A stretch of 64,000 nucleotides of DNA. Source: Pseudomonadota bacterium (GTDB taxonomy: Bacteria > Pseudomonadota > Gammaproteobacteria > Burkholderiales > Burkholderiaceae_C). The notes beneath the pieces were generated by a model. It ran no database searches and had not been told where the DNA came from. It was given only the letters and a program-made list of their open reading frames with translations. Both the position numbers and the translations under genes were made by a program. Shown in pieces: positions 28,917-38,377 of this stretch (position 1 is the first letter of the stretch; the number at the start of each line of letters is the position of its first letter). The DNA lies in the NCBI GenBank assembly GCA_040387235.1, contig JAZKEE010000130.1, positions 23,967 to 87,966 of the forward strand, read 5' to 3'.

Positions 28917-31820
28917 ATGACGGTTCCGGCACCCATCCCCTCCAATGAAGCGCGCAGGCTGGAGGCCTTGCGCGCCCTCATGGTGCTGGACACCCCGGCC
29001 GAGCCCCTGCTCGACTCCATTGCCCGCATGGCGGCGGAGGTGTGCGGCGTACCCATCGCGCTCATCAGCCTGGTCGATGCCGAGCGCCAGTGGTTCAAGG
29101 CCAATGTCGGGCTGCCGGGGGTGAATGAAACCCCGCGCGACATCGCCTTTTGCGCCCATGCCATCCACATGGACGACGTGATGGAGGTGCCCGATGCCAC
29201 CCGCGATGCGCGGTTTGCGAGCAACCCCCTGGTCACGGGGGCGCCGGACATCCGCTTCTACGCCGGTGCACCGCTCATGGCGGGCGAGGACGGCGACCGG
29301 GTGGGAACCCTGTGTGTCATCGACCGCAAGGCCCACCAGCTCACGGCGCAGCAACGGGCCCTGCTGCGCTCGCTCTCGGCCATGGTCTCGCAAGCGCTGG
29401 ACATGCGCCGCGATCTGGTTGCGCGGGCCTTCTCTGTGCGCCAGGAGTATGAAGTCGCCCTGTCCGATAGCGAGTTGCGCTACCGCACCATGGTGGAGGC
29501 GCAGAGCGAGATGGTGTCGCTGGCCTGGCCCCATGGCGAGATGTTCTACGTGAACCCGGCCTATGCCCGCCGCTTTGGGCTGCTGCCCCAGGACATGGTG
29601 GGCAAGGACCTGTATGCCTATGTGGACCCGTCCGATCGGGAGGTGGTGCGCGAGCGCATCGCCGAGGTGTTCCACACGGAGGGCAGCACCCAGGGCGAGA
29701 ACCGCATGGTCGATGCGGATGGGTCCGAGCGCTGGATGGCCTGGACCAACAGCTTCCTGCGCGACAGCGAGCAGCGGCCCTACCTGCATTCGGTGGGGCG
29801 CGACATCACGGCCCAGAAGACGGCCGAGCGCGCATTGCTGGCCAGCCAGCAGTTGCTGGAGCGCACGGGCCACGTGGCGCGCGTGGGTGGCTGGGAGCTC
29901 GATCTGCGCAGCCGCCGCGTCTCCTGGTCCGCCGAGACGCGGCGCATCCACGAGGTGCCTGCGGATTTCACGCCCACCGTGGACAATGCCCTCGACTTCT
30001 ACACGCCCGATGCGCAGCGCACCATGTCGGCGGCCGTGCGCCAGGCCACCGCGACGGGGGCCTCGTGGGACCTGGAGGTGCCCCTGGTGACTGCCGCCGG
30101 GCACCGCATCTGGGTGCGCTCGGTGGGCGAGGCGGAATACGAAGGCAGCGCCGTGGTGCGCCTGTTCGGGGCCTTCCAGGACGTGACGGAGCGCCGGCGC
30201 ATGGCACAGCAGTTGGCCAACAGCGAGCGCTTCGTGCGGCTGGTGACCGATGGCCTGCCGATCCGCATCGGCTATGTGGACCGGGAGCTGCGCTTTCGCT
30301 TTGCCAACCAGGCGGAATGCCAGCGCTTTGGTCTGGGCCGCGAGGAGGTCATCGGCCGCACGCGCGAGGAATTGCTCGGGGAACCCGCGTCGCCCGAATC
30401 GGCGCAGCGTGTTCAGCGGGTGCTGGCGGGCATCGCGCAGAGCTACGAGAGCGATGAAGTGCGCAGCGGTGTCGTGCACCGCATCGAGAGCCAGTTGGTG
30501 CCCGACATCTCCGACGATGGCCGGGTGCGGGGCTTTTTTTCCACGGGGGTCGACATCACCCAGCGCGCTGCGGCCGAGCGGGGTCTGCGCGTGCTGACGG
30601 CCATCCTCGAGCACACCTCCGACTTCGTGGTGCAGACCGATCTCAAGGGCCGGGTCAGCTACATGAACCCTGCAGCGCGGCGGGCACTCGGGTTTGCACC
30701 CGACGAAGACGTGGGTGCCCGCATTTTCACGGAGTTCAATACCCCCGAGACCAATGCGCTGTACGTGCAGTCCATCCTGCCGGCTGTCAGAGCCCACAGC
30801 ATGTGGGTGGGTGAGACCGCGGTGTACGCAGCCCACCAGCGCGTGGTTCCGGTGAGCCACATGGTGATCGCCCACCGCGATGGGGAGGGGCGTATCCAGC
30901 ATTTCTCGGCCATCATGCGCGACATCTCCGAGGCAGCGCAGGCGCGCGCGGCCTTGCTCAAGCAGACCGCCACCCTGCGTTCCATCACCGAGGCACTACC
31001 TTCGCTGGTGGCAGTGGTGGGGGAGGACGAGCGCTACCAGTTCGTCAACAGTGCCTTCGAGCGCTGGCACCGCGTGCCGCGCGAGCAGATCCTGGGCCGC
31101 AGCATGGAGGAGTTCCTGGGCGCGGCCGAGTATTCGCGCACCCGGCCCATGGTGCGAAAGGTGCTGGGTGGCGAGACCCTGACCTTCGACCAGGACCACC
31201 CCCAGCGTGCGCCGGCCAGCCACGTCACCATCCACTTCATTCCCCTGTGGTCCGAGCCAGGCGCGGTCGACGGCTTCGTGTCCATGGCGCAGGACGTCAC
31301 CAGCTACCACCAGGAGGCCGGCCGGCTGCTGGAGCTGGCGCAGCACGACCCGCTCACGGGCCTGCTCAACCGGGCAGGCCTGCAGGCCTATGTGGGGCAG
31401 AAGGATCTGGAGGCCGAGGGCTCTTTGCTGGCCTTGCTCTACATCGACCTGGACCACTTCAAGCCGGTGAACGACCAGCACGGCCATCCGGTGGGCGACC
31501 TGCTGCTGCAGGCCTTCGCGCAGCGCCTGTTGGCCCTGGTGCGGCCCACGGATGCGGTGGCCCGGCTGGGCGGCGACGAGTTCGCGGTGGTGCTGGCCGG
31601 CGTGCGCGAGCCGGCGCATGCCGAAGCCGTGGCCGGCAAGATCCTGGAGGCGGCGCACACGCCGTTCGAGATCGGCGATCTGCGCCTTTCGGTGGGGGCC
31701 AGCGCGGGGCTGGCGCTGGGCACCGATGCGGCCAGGGGCTGGCCCGATCTGATGGCCCGCGCGGACGACCAGCTGTACCTGGCCAAGCGGTCCGGCCGGG
31801 GGCAGTTCAAGGGGGGCTGA
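28917..31820 (+). CDS. cytoplasmic GAF + multi-PAS diguanylate cyclase
   Basis: GAF (NEARRLEAL..FCAHAI..IRFYAGAPL..GTLCVID), about five PAS/PAC repeats, HDPLTGLLNR, RPTD I-site, GGDEF. Confidence 0.93.
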   Translation: MTVPAPIPSNEARRLEALRALMVLDTPAEPLLDSIARMAAEVCGVPIALISLVDAERQWFKANVGLPGVNETPRDIAFCAHAIHMDDVMEVPDATRDARFASNPLVTGAPDIRFYAGAPLMAGEDGDRVGTLCVIDRKAHQLTAQQRALLRSLSAMVSQALDMRRDLVARAFSVRQEYEVALSDSELRYRTMVEAQSEMVSLAWPHGEMFYVNPAYARRFGLLPQDMVGKDLYAYVDPSDREVVRERIAEVFHTEGSTQGENRMVDADGSERWMAWTNSFLRDSEQRPYLHSVGRDITAQKTAERALLASQQLLERTGHVARVGGWELDLRSRRVSWSAETRRIHEVPADFTPTVDNALDFYTPDAQRTMSAAVRQATATGASWDLEVPLVTAAGHRIWVRSVGEAEYEGSAVVRLFGAFQDVTERRRMAQQLANSERFVRLVTDGLPIRIGYVDRELRFRFANQAECQRFGLGREEVIGRTREELLGEPASPESAQRVQRVLAGIAQSYESDEVRSGVVHRIESQLVPDISDDGRVRGFFSTGVDITQRAAAERGLRVLTAILEHTSDFVVQTDLKGRVSYMNPAARRALGFAPDEDVGARIFTEFNTPETNALYVQSILPAVRAHSMWVGETAVYAAHQRVVPVSHMVIAHRDGEGRIQHFSAIMRDISEAAQARAALLKQTATLRSITEALPSLVAVVGEDERYQFVNSAFERWHRVPREQILGRSMEEFLGAAEYSRTRPMVRKVLGGETLTFDQDHPQRAPASHVTIHFIPLWSEPGAVDGFVSMAQDVTSYHQEAGRLLELAQHDPLTGLLNRAGLQAYVGQKDLEAEGSLLALLYIDLDHFKPVNDQHGHPVGDLLLQAFAQRLLALVRPTDAVARLGGDEFAVVLAGVREPAHAEAVAGKILEAAHTPFEIGDLRLSVGASAGLALGTDAARGWPDLMARADDQLYLAKRSGRGQFKGG

Positions 31821-31943
31821 TTCGGATTTGCACCCAACCGTCAACGATAGTGGGTTCACCTTGCCTTGCTGCAGCACGGTCTGCAGCGCCCGCCTGGCTA
31901 TGCGATCGAATGCAAATCCGCATGAGGCAATGGTGCCTGCGGT

Positions 31944-32987
31944 CTACATCACCCGCCCGTACCACCAGACCGACAGGCCCGCCGCCATGATGGCCAGGGC
32001 GGCACCGATCAGCGCCAGCAGCGCCGAGACCTCGGTTTCCTTCTTCTCCACCGTGAGGCGCGAGCTCAAGGTCTCGTAGACCTTCTTCAGGTCGGCGGCC
32101 GTGGCCGCGTGGAAGTATTCTGCGGCGGTGCGGGTGGCCACGGCCTTGAGGGTCTCTTCGTCCAGCCGCACGCGCATCGACCAGCCTTCGAAACCGATGG
32201 TCTCGCCCTGCAGCGTGCCCACGCCCACGGTGTACACGCGCACGCCCCGGTCGGCGGCCCACTTGGCGGCTTCGAGCGGGTCGACACCGGTGGTGCGCTG
32301 GCCGTCGGTCAGCATGATGATGGCGGCCGAGTTGTAGGAGCCCGGCGCCACCGGTGTGAAGGGCTTGGCGGGATCCTGCTTGTTGAGTTCTTCCAGGGGA
32401 CGCGGCTTCATCGCCTGGCGTCCGCCCAGGGCCGAGATGTCGATGCCGGCATCGGGGAAGATGGTGGCCAGCGAGAGCATGATGCCGTTGCCCGTGGCCG
32501 TGCCACGCTGCAGCTGAAAGCTGTCGATGGCCTTGACCAGGTCGTCACGGCTCTGCGTGGGCAACTGCGCCAGCTGGGCGCTGCCCGCAAACGCCACGAT
32601 GCCCACGCGCACGTGGCGCGGCAGTTCGGCGATGAAGGCCTTGGCCGCGTCCTGCGCGGCGGTGATGCGGTCGGGCTGCACGTCGGTGGCGCGCATGCTG
32701 CCCGAGACGTCCATGGCCAGCATGATGGTCTGGTCCTGCGAAGGCAGGGTGATCACCGCCAGCGGCCGTGCCGCCGCCAGCAGCAGGGCCACCAGCGCCA
32801 GCAGGAAGAGAAACGGCGGAATATGCCGGCGCAGGTGCTGTGCCGGGCCCATGGCTTCGCGCACCAGCGACAGGCTGGAGTAGCTCAGCGCCGTTTTCTT
32901 GCGCCGGTGCAGCAGCCACCAGTACAGCAGGACGAGCAGCGGCACAGCCAGCAGCAGCCAGAGCAGGGAGGGCCAGAGAAAGACCAT
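31944..32987 (-). CDS. membrane-anchored VWA domain protein (BatA-like)
   Basis: N-terminal F.WP..LWLL TM, MIDAS DVSGSM, GTATG, LTDG, C-terminal TM. Confidence 0.9.
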   Translation of the reverse strand: MVFLWPSLLWLLLAVPLLVLLYWWLLHRRKKTALSYSSLSLVREAMGPAQHLRRHIPPFLFLLALVALLLAAARPLAVITLPSQDQTIMLAMDVSGSMRATDVQPDRITAAQDAAKAFIAELPRHVRVGIVAFAGSAQLAQLPTQSRDDLVKAIDSFQLQRGTATGNGIMLSLATIFPDAGIDISALGGRQAMKPRPLEELNKQDPAKPFTPVAPGSYNSAAIIMLTDGQRTTGVDPLEAAKWAADRGVRVYTVGVGTLQGETIGFEGWSMRVRLDEETLKAVATRTAAEYFHAATAADLKKVYETLSSRLTVEKKETEVSALLALIGAALAIMAAGLSVWWYGRVM

Positions 32988-33007
32988 GGTGGCGTGTCCT
33001 GTGGTTG

Positions 33008-34012
33008 TCAGGCGGCGGCCTGCGGGGCCGTCCATTGGAACGAGGGGTGGCCTGCCGGCCGCACGCGGCGCTGGCGCAGGTCCATGAAGCGCAGCAGCGC
33101 GTCCACGAGGTCGTCGTCGGTGCGCAGCTCCAGCGTGTCCGCACCGGCCTTGGCCAGGCCCTCGCGCAGCACGGCTTCGCGCTGCGCCGCCAGGCGGGCA
33201 AAGCGGTGGCGGAAGCCGCTGTCGTGCGTGTCCACCTGCAGTTGCTCGCCGCTTTCGGCGTCGCGCAGCGTGACCAGGCCCACGTCGGGCAGTTCCAGCT
33301 CCAGTGGATCGAGCAGGCGCACGCTCACCACGTCGTGGCGGCGGGCCAGCTGGGCCAGCGGCTTTTCCCAGCCGGGCGCGCTGATGAAGTCGGACACCAC
33401 GAACACGGTGGAGCGCCGGCGCAAGGTACCGAGGGCGCCCTGCAGCAGCAGGTGCAATTCGGTACCACCGGATTGCAGCTGGGGTGCGGGTTTGAGCAAC
33501 TGGTGCACCAAGTGCAGCACGTGGGCGCGGCCGCTGCGCGGGGGCAGCACGGTGTCCACGGCGCGCGTGTCGGCACCCCCTGCCCCATAAAGCATGGCGC
33601 CCACGCGGTTGCCGTGGCGCGTGAGCAGGCGCGAGAGCACGGCCACGAAGCCGGTCAGGATGTCGCGCTTGGCATTGCCCTGGGGGCCGAAGTTGACCGA
33701 GGGGCTCAGGTCCAGCAGGAACCAGGCGGACATCTCGCGGTCCTCGGTGAACACGCGCACATGCGGGGTGTTCAGGCGCGCCGTCACGTTCCAGTCGATG
33801 TGGCGCACGTCGTCGTGCGGCTGGTATTCGCGCAGGTCCGCCAGGTCCAGGCCTGCGCCGCGCATGAGCGTGCGGTAGTCGCCTTGCAGCAGCCCGTCGA
33901 GCCGGCGGATGACGCTCCACTCCAGCTGCCGCAGCAGGCGGTCGGCCTGGCCGGGCAGGGTGGGCAGCGCGCGCACGGCGTTGGCTGCAGTGTCAGGCGG
34001 CTTTTTGCTCAT
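33008..34012 (-). CDS. DUF58 family protein
   Basis: GLDLADLREYQPHDDVRHIDWNVTAR, LDLSPS, VVSDF. Confidence 0.92.
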   Translation of the reverse strand: MSKKPPDTAANAVRALPTLPGQADRLLRQLEWSVIRRLDGLLQGDYRTLMRGAGLDLADLREYQPHDDVRHIDWNVTARLNTPHVRVFTEDREMSAWFLLDLSPSVNFGPQGNAKRDILTGFVAVLSRLLTRHGNRVGAMLYGAGGADTRAVDTVLPPRSGRAHVLHLVHQLLKPAPQLQSGGTELHLLLQGALGTLRRRSTVFVVSDFISAPGWEKPLAQLARRHDVVSVRLLDPLELELPDVGLVTLRDAESGEQLQVDTHDSGFRHRFARLAAQREAVLREGLAKAGADTLELRTDDDLVDALLRFMDLRQRRVRPAGHPSFQWTAPQAAA

Positions 34013-35009
34013 GGTGCAAGGGTTTGGCAGGGGCGGGCACCTTGGCCATGATGCGGGCGATCAGCGCATCGGCGTCCAGGCCCTCGGACAGCGCTTCGTA
34101 CGACAGCGACAGCCGGTGGCGCAGCACGTCGGCCGCCAGGTCGGTCATGTCCTCTGGCAGCACGTAGCTGCGCCCGCGCAGCATGGCCAGGGCCTGGGCG
34201 CCTTCGGCCAGGCAGATGGTGGCGCGCGGGCTGGCGCCGCAGGCAATGAAGGGGGCCAGGTCCTTGAGGTCGTGGCGGGCCGGCGCGCGCGTGGCGGCCA
34301 CCAGCTTCACGGCGTACTGCAGCATCGAAGGGTCCACGTACACCGTGCGGCATTCGGCCTGCAGCGCCGCCAGCTGGGCCGTGGTGGCCACGGGCAGCAC
34401 CTGCACCGGCTTGTCCAGAGCGCGCTGGGCGATGACGAACTCTTCCTCCTCGGTGGGGTAGTCGATCAGCACCTTCATCATGAAGCGGTCCACCTGGGCC
34501 TCGGGCAGGGCATAGGTGCCTTCGGTCTCGATCGGGTTCTGCGTGGCCATCACCAGGAAGGGCGAGGGCACCTTGTGCGTTTCGCCGGCGATGGTCACCT
34601 GGCGCTCCTGCATCACTTCGAGCAGCGCGCTCTGCACCTTGGCGGGGGCGCGGTTGATTTCGTCGGCCAGCAGCAGGTGGGTGAACACCGGGCCCAGCGA
34701 GGTGCTGAACTCGCCCGTCTTCTGGTTGTACATGCGCGTGCCCACCAGGTCGGCGGGCACCAGGTCGGGGGTGAACTGGATGCGCTTGAAACTGCCCTGG
34801 ATGGTGCTGGCCAAGGTCTTCACGGTGAGCGTCTTGGCCAGGCCCGGGACGCCCTCGACCAGCAGGTGACCCTGGGCCAGCATGGCCACCATCACGCGCT
34901 CCAGGAAGCGGTCCTGCCCGACCACGACGCGCTTGACTTCATAGAGCACCTGCTCCATCAGCGTGGCGGTGGCGGCGTTCGAGGCAGAGGGCAGCGGGGT
35001 CGGTTCCAT
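33993..35009 (-). CDS. MoxR-family AAA+ ATPase
   Basis: EGVPGLAKT, RIQFTPDLVPAD, DEINRAPAKVQSALLE, ATQNPIE.EGTY.LPEAQ.DRF, GASPRA. Confidence 0.95.
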   Translation of the reverse strand: MEPTPLPSASNAATATLMEQVLYEVKRVVVGQDRFLERVMVAMLAQGHLLVEGVPGLAKTLTVKTLASTIQGSFKRIQFTPDLVPADLVGTRMYNQKTGEFSTSLGPVFTHLLLADEINRAPAKVQSALLEVMQERQVTIAGETHKVPSPFLVMATQNPIETEGTYALPEAQVDRFMMKVLIDYPTEEEEFVIAQRALDKPVQVLPVATTAQLAALQAECRTVYVDPSMLQYAVKLVAATRAPARHDLKDLAPFIACGASPRATICLAEGAQALAMLRGRSYVLPEDMTDLAADVLRHRLSLSYEALSEGLDADALIARIMAKVPAPAKPLHHEQKAA

Positions 35010-35047
35010 GGGACTCCTTGCGAGGTTGGATGTGTGAAGTGCTGGGG

Positions 35048-35983
35048 TCAGAAAGGCGACATGCCCACGGCCGAGGCCGCGTTCTCGATGGGTACGGCAA
35101 AGCCGATGCCGATGAAGGTGCGTGCCGGTGTCGGGTTCAGGATGGCGGTGACGATGCCGATCACCTCGCCGTCCATGGTGACCAGCGGGCCGCCCGAGTT
35201 GCCGGGGTTGGCCGCTGCGTCGAACTGGATCAGGTTGCCGAGCTCGCGCTTGCCTTCGGGCGAGGTGAACTGGCGCCCGAGGCCCGAAATCACGCCTGCC
35301 GAGGCCGAAGGCCCGATGCCGAAGGGAAATCCCACGACGGCGACCTGGTCACCAGGGCGCAGGTCGTTGGTGGATCGCAGGGACGCCGCCTCCAGGTCGT
35401 CGGGCACCTTGTGGGCCTGGAGCACGGCCAGGTCGTTCTCGGGCTGCACGCCGGTGATGGTGGCCGTGGTCTGCAGCCCGTCGTGGAAGGTCAGCTGGAT
35501 GCGGTCGGACCCCTGCACCACATGCAGGTTGGTGAGGATGACGCCCTTGTCGACGATCACCACGCCCGTGCCCACGCCGCGCTCGACCTCGTCCTTGCCG
35601 TTCTTGCTGCGCCCGAAGCCCACCACGCGCACCACCGAGGGGGCGATGGTCTCCACGGCGCGTGCCGCCGCCGAGGGCAGGGTGGTGGTTTCCAGTGTGC
35701 GCAGCACCGCCTGGTCGATGTCTTCCTGGGTGAGCTTGCGGGGTACGGTGCGCTGGTTCAGCCACACGCTGGTGACGAGCAGGGCAGCCAGCACCAGCAA
35801 GGCGCCCCACAGTGCGTAGAGGTTGCGGCGCGAAAGGCTGACCGCCTGGGGCCTGCCGGCGGGCTGGCTGGTGGCTGGCGCCACCGGGGCTACCGGTTCC
35901 GAGGGCGCAGCGTCGCTCGGGGCCGCGGCCCCGGCAGGGCGGCGGGCGGGGCGGGAGCTGCTGTAGACAGTGGGTCTGGGCAT
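35048..35983 (-). CDS. membrane-anchored trypsin-like (S1C) serine protease without PDZ domain
   Basis: one TM; ILTNLHVV, NDLAVL, ANPGNSGGPL triad; ends right after IGFAVPI. Confidence 0.9.
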   Translation of the reverse strand: MPRPTVYSSSRPARRPAGAAAPSDAAPSEPVAPVAPATSQPAGRPQAVSLSRRNLYALWGALLVLAALLVTSVWLNQRTVPRKLTQEDIDQAVLRTLETTTLPSAAARAVETIAPSVVRVVGFGRSKNGKDEVERGVGTGVVIVDKGVILTNLHVVQGSDRIQLTFHDGLQTTATITGVQPENDLAVLQAHKVPDDLEAASLRSTNDLRPGDQVAVVGFPFGIGPSASAGVISGLGRQFTSPEGKRELGNLIQFDAAANPGNSGGPLVTMDGEVIGIVTAILNPTPARTFIGIGFAVPIENAASAVGMSPF

Positions 35984-36088
35984 CCTGTCACCTTCCGGTA
36001 CACCATGGCGCGGTGCATGGTTTCACAGTAGCACGGATCGCGCCCGTGTGCATAGCCTGGGGCTTCATCCATCGTGCATCATGTGTGA

Positions 36089-36949
36089 ATGAGCTTCTGG
36101 ATAGATACCCATTGCCACCTGGATGCGCCCGAACTGGCGCCCGATGTCGACGCCGTGCGCGGGACCGCCCGCGAGGCCGGCGTCGCGCACTGCGTGCTGC
36201 CCGCGGTGGAGCGTGCCAACTGGAACGATGTGCGCAGGCTCGCGCACCAGCATGGGGACAGCTACGCCCTGGGCATCCATCCCCTGTGCACCGCAAATGC
36301 CGCGGATGGCGACCTGGAACTGCTGGCCCAGGCGCTGGCGCAGCACCGGGACGACCCGCGCCTGGTCGCCGTGGGCGAGATCGGGCTGGATTACTTCGTC
36401 CCGGGGCTGGATCCTGCCCGCCAGGAGCACTTCTACCGTGAGCAGCTGCGGCTGGCACGGCGCTTCGACCTGCCCGTGATCCTGCACGTGCGCCGCTCGG
36501 CCGACAAACTGCTCAAGGGCCTGCGCGAGGTCAGGGGCCTGTCGGGCATTGCCCATGCCTTCAACGGCAGCGAGCAGCAGGCCCAGGCCTTCGTGGACAT
36601 GGGCTTCAAGCTCGGCTTCGGCGGGGCGGTCACCTACGACCGGGCTCTTCAGCTGCGCCGCCTGGCCACCCGGTTGCCGCTGGGCTGCCTGGTGATGGAG
36701 ACCGATTCTCCCGACATCCCACCGCACTGGCTCTACACCACCGCGGCCGAGCGCGAGGCGGGCCGACCGCAGGGGCGCAACACCCCGGGCGAGCTGCCGC
36801 GCATCGCGCAGGTGCTGGCGGAGCTGCGTGGCATGCCGCTGCAGGCGCTGGCCGAGGCCTCCACGGCGAATGCGCTGGCGGCCTTGCCACGCCTGGCGCC
36901 CCTGCTGAATGCCCCGCGGGCGCCGTCACCGTCTTTTACCGATTCTTGA
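36089..36949 (+). CDS. TatD-family metal-dependent DNase
   Basis: IDTHCHLD, LGIHP, VGEIGLD, ILHVRRS, HAFNGS, ETDSPD. Confidence 0.93.
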   Translation: MSFWIDTHCHLDAPELAPDVDAVRGTAREAGVAHCVLPAVERANWNDVRRLAHQHGDSYALGIHPLCTANAADGDLELLAQALAQHRDDPRLVAVGEIGLDYFVPGLDPARQEHFYREQLRLARRFDLPVILHVRRSADKLLKGLREVRGLSGIAHAFNGSEQQAQAFVDMGFKLGFGGAVTYDRALQLRRLATRLPLGCLVMETDSPDIPPHWLYTTAAEREAGRPQGRNTPGELPRIAQVLAELRGMPLQALAEASTANALAALPRLAPLLNAPRAPSPSFTDS

Positions 36950-37019
36950 CAGTCGTTCTCGGGTTTTAGCTATATATTTGATAGTAACCGGGCGACCCTT
37001 GGCCCGAACTCCTCGCCGC

Positions 37020-37559
37020 ATGCCCTTGATCTCCCCCGCCCCGCCACTGGACGACCCCGCCCCCCGGCTGGCCGGACTGCCTGCCGTGGTGTCCGCCAGC
37101 ACCGTCGTGCTCGTGCTGGGCAGCTTTCCCGGAGCCGCCTCGCTGCGCGCACAGCAGTACTACGGCCATCCGCAGAACCATTTCTGGCGCATCCTGCAGG
37201 CCATCTGGCCCCACCATCCCGAGCCCGGACCTGCCAGCTATGCCCTGCGCTGCGAATGGCTGCTGGCGCGGGGCCTGGGCCTGTGGGACGTGTATGCCAG
37301 TTGCGAGCGCGAGGGCAGCCTGGACGCCGACATCCGCCACGCCGTGGTGAACGACTTTGCCTCCCTGCGCGCCGTGGCGCCGCGCCTGGCGGCCATCGCC
37401 CACAATGGGGGCGAAAGCTACAAGCATGCCGCGCGCACCGCAGCCCTGGGGGTGCCGGTGTACAAACTGCCGTCTACCAGCCCGGCGAATGCCTCCTGGA
37501 GTTTCGAGCGCAAACTGAGCGCGTGGGCCGAACTCATGGCCCGCCACCAATTGACCTGA
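37020..37559 (+). CDS. uracil-DNA glycosylase superfamily protein (family-6 hypoxanthine/deoxyinosine glycosylase-like)
   Basis: LGSFPG.ASL..QQYYGHPQNHFW, GLWDV, GSLD, LPSTSPANA. Confidence 0.85.
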   Translation: MPLISPAPPLDDPAPRLAGLPAVVSASTVVLVLGSFPGAASLRAQQYYGHPQNHFWRILQAIWPHHPEPGPASYALRCEWLLARGLGLWDVYASCEREGSLDADIRHAVVNDFASLRAVAPRLAAIAHNGGESYKHAARTAALGVPVYKLPSTSPANASWSFERKLSAWAELMARHQLT

Positions 37560-38321
37560 ATGACCCGCAAGAAAACCAACTCCGTCGAACTGCCCGAAGT
37601 CAGCGTTTCCGACGATGGCGAAGTGCGCCACCTGCACCTGGGAACCCCGTGGATCCAGGGCTCCATGCGCGTGGCCGAGCCCTTCGCGCTGGAGCTGGAA
37701 TACGTGCAGCGCATGATGGCCTGGCTGCTCTTCGTCGAGCCCGCCTCGGTGGGCAAGCGCCACGCCATGCAGCTGGGCCTTGGCGCGGGGGCCATCACCA
37801 AGTTCAGCCACAAGAAGCTGCGCCTGTGCGCCACGGCCATCGAACTCAACCCGCAGGTGGTGGCCGTGTGCCGCCAGTGGTTCAAGCTGCCGCCCGACGG
37901 CCCCAAGCTGCGTGTGGTGCTGGCCGATGCGGCCAAGGAGATCCAGAACCCGATGTGGCTGGGCACGGTCGATGCGCTGGCGGTGGACCTGTACGACCAC
38001 GATGCCGCCGCCCCGGTGCTCGACAGCCCCGACTTCTATGCCGATTGCCGTGCCCTGTTGTCCGAGGACGGCAGCATGGCGGTGAACCTGTTCGGCCGCT
38101 CCTCGAGCTACGAAAAGAGCCTCAAGAGCATGGCCAGCGCCTTCGGCGAAGACGCGCTGTGGGCCTTCAAGCCCACGCGCGAAGGCAATACCGTGGTGCT
38201 GGCCCAGCGCACGCCCACGCGGCCCAAGCGTGCCGAACTGGCTGCCCGGGCCGAGGTCATCCAGGAGCGTTGGGGCCTGCCAGCCACCAAGTGGATGCGC
38301 GTTTTCAAGCCGGTTGCCTAA
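37560..38321 (+). CDS. spermidine synthase-like SAM-dependent methyltransferase-fold protein
   Basis: RHLHLGTPWIQGSM, LEYVQRMM, QLGLGAGA, IELNP, VDLYD. Confidence 0.8.
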   Translation: MTRKKTNSVELPEVSVSDDGEVRHLHLGTPWIQGSMRVAEPFALELEYVQRMMAWLLFVEPASVGKRHAMQLGLGAGAITKFSHKKLRLCATAIELNPQVVAVCRQWFKLPPDGPKLRVVLADAAKEIQNPMWLGTVDALAVDLYDHDAAAPVLDSPDFYADCRALLSEDGSMAVNLFGRSSSYEKSLKSMASAFGEDALWAFKPTREGNTVVLAQRTPTRPKRAELAARAEVIQERWGLPATKWMRVFKPVA

Positions 38322-38377
38322 GAAGCTCCCCAATCCTTCGTCCTGCCCCGTCCATCCCCTCTGAGAGGTCCGCAGAC

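Noticed and set aside
37256-38377. Apparent 976-aa extended GspE ORF
   Set aside because: The N-terminal part overlaps the glycosylase and spermidine-synthase-like genes in another frame; the plausible start is 38378.
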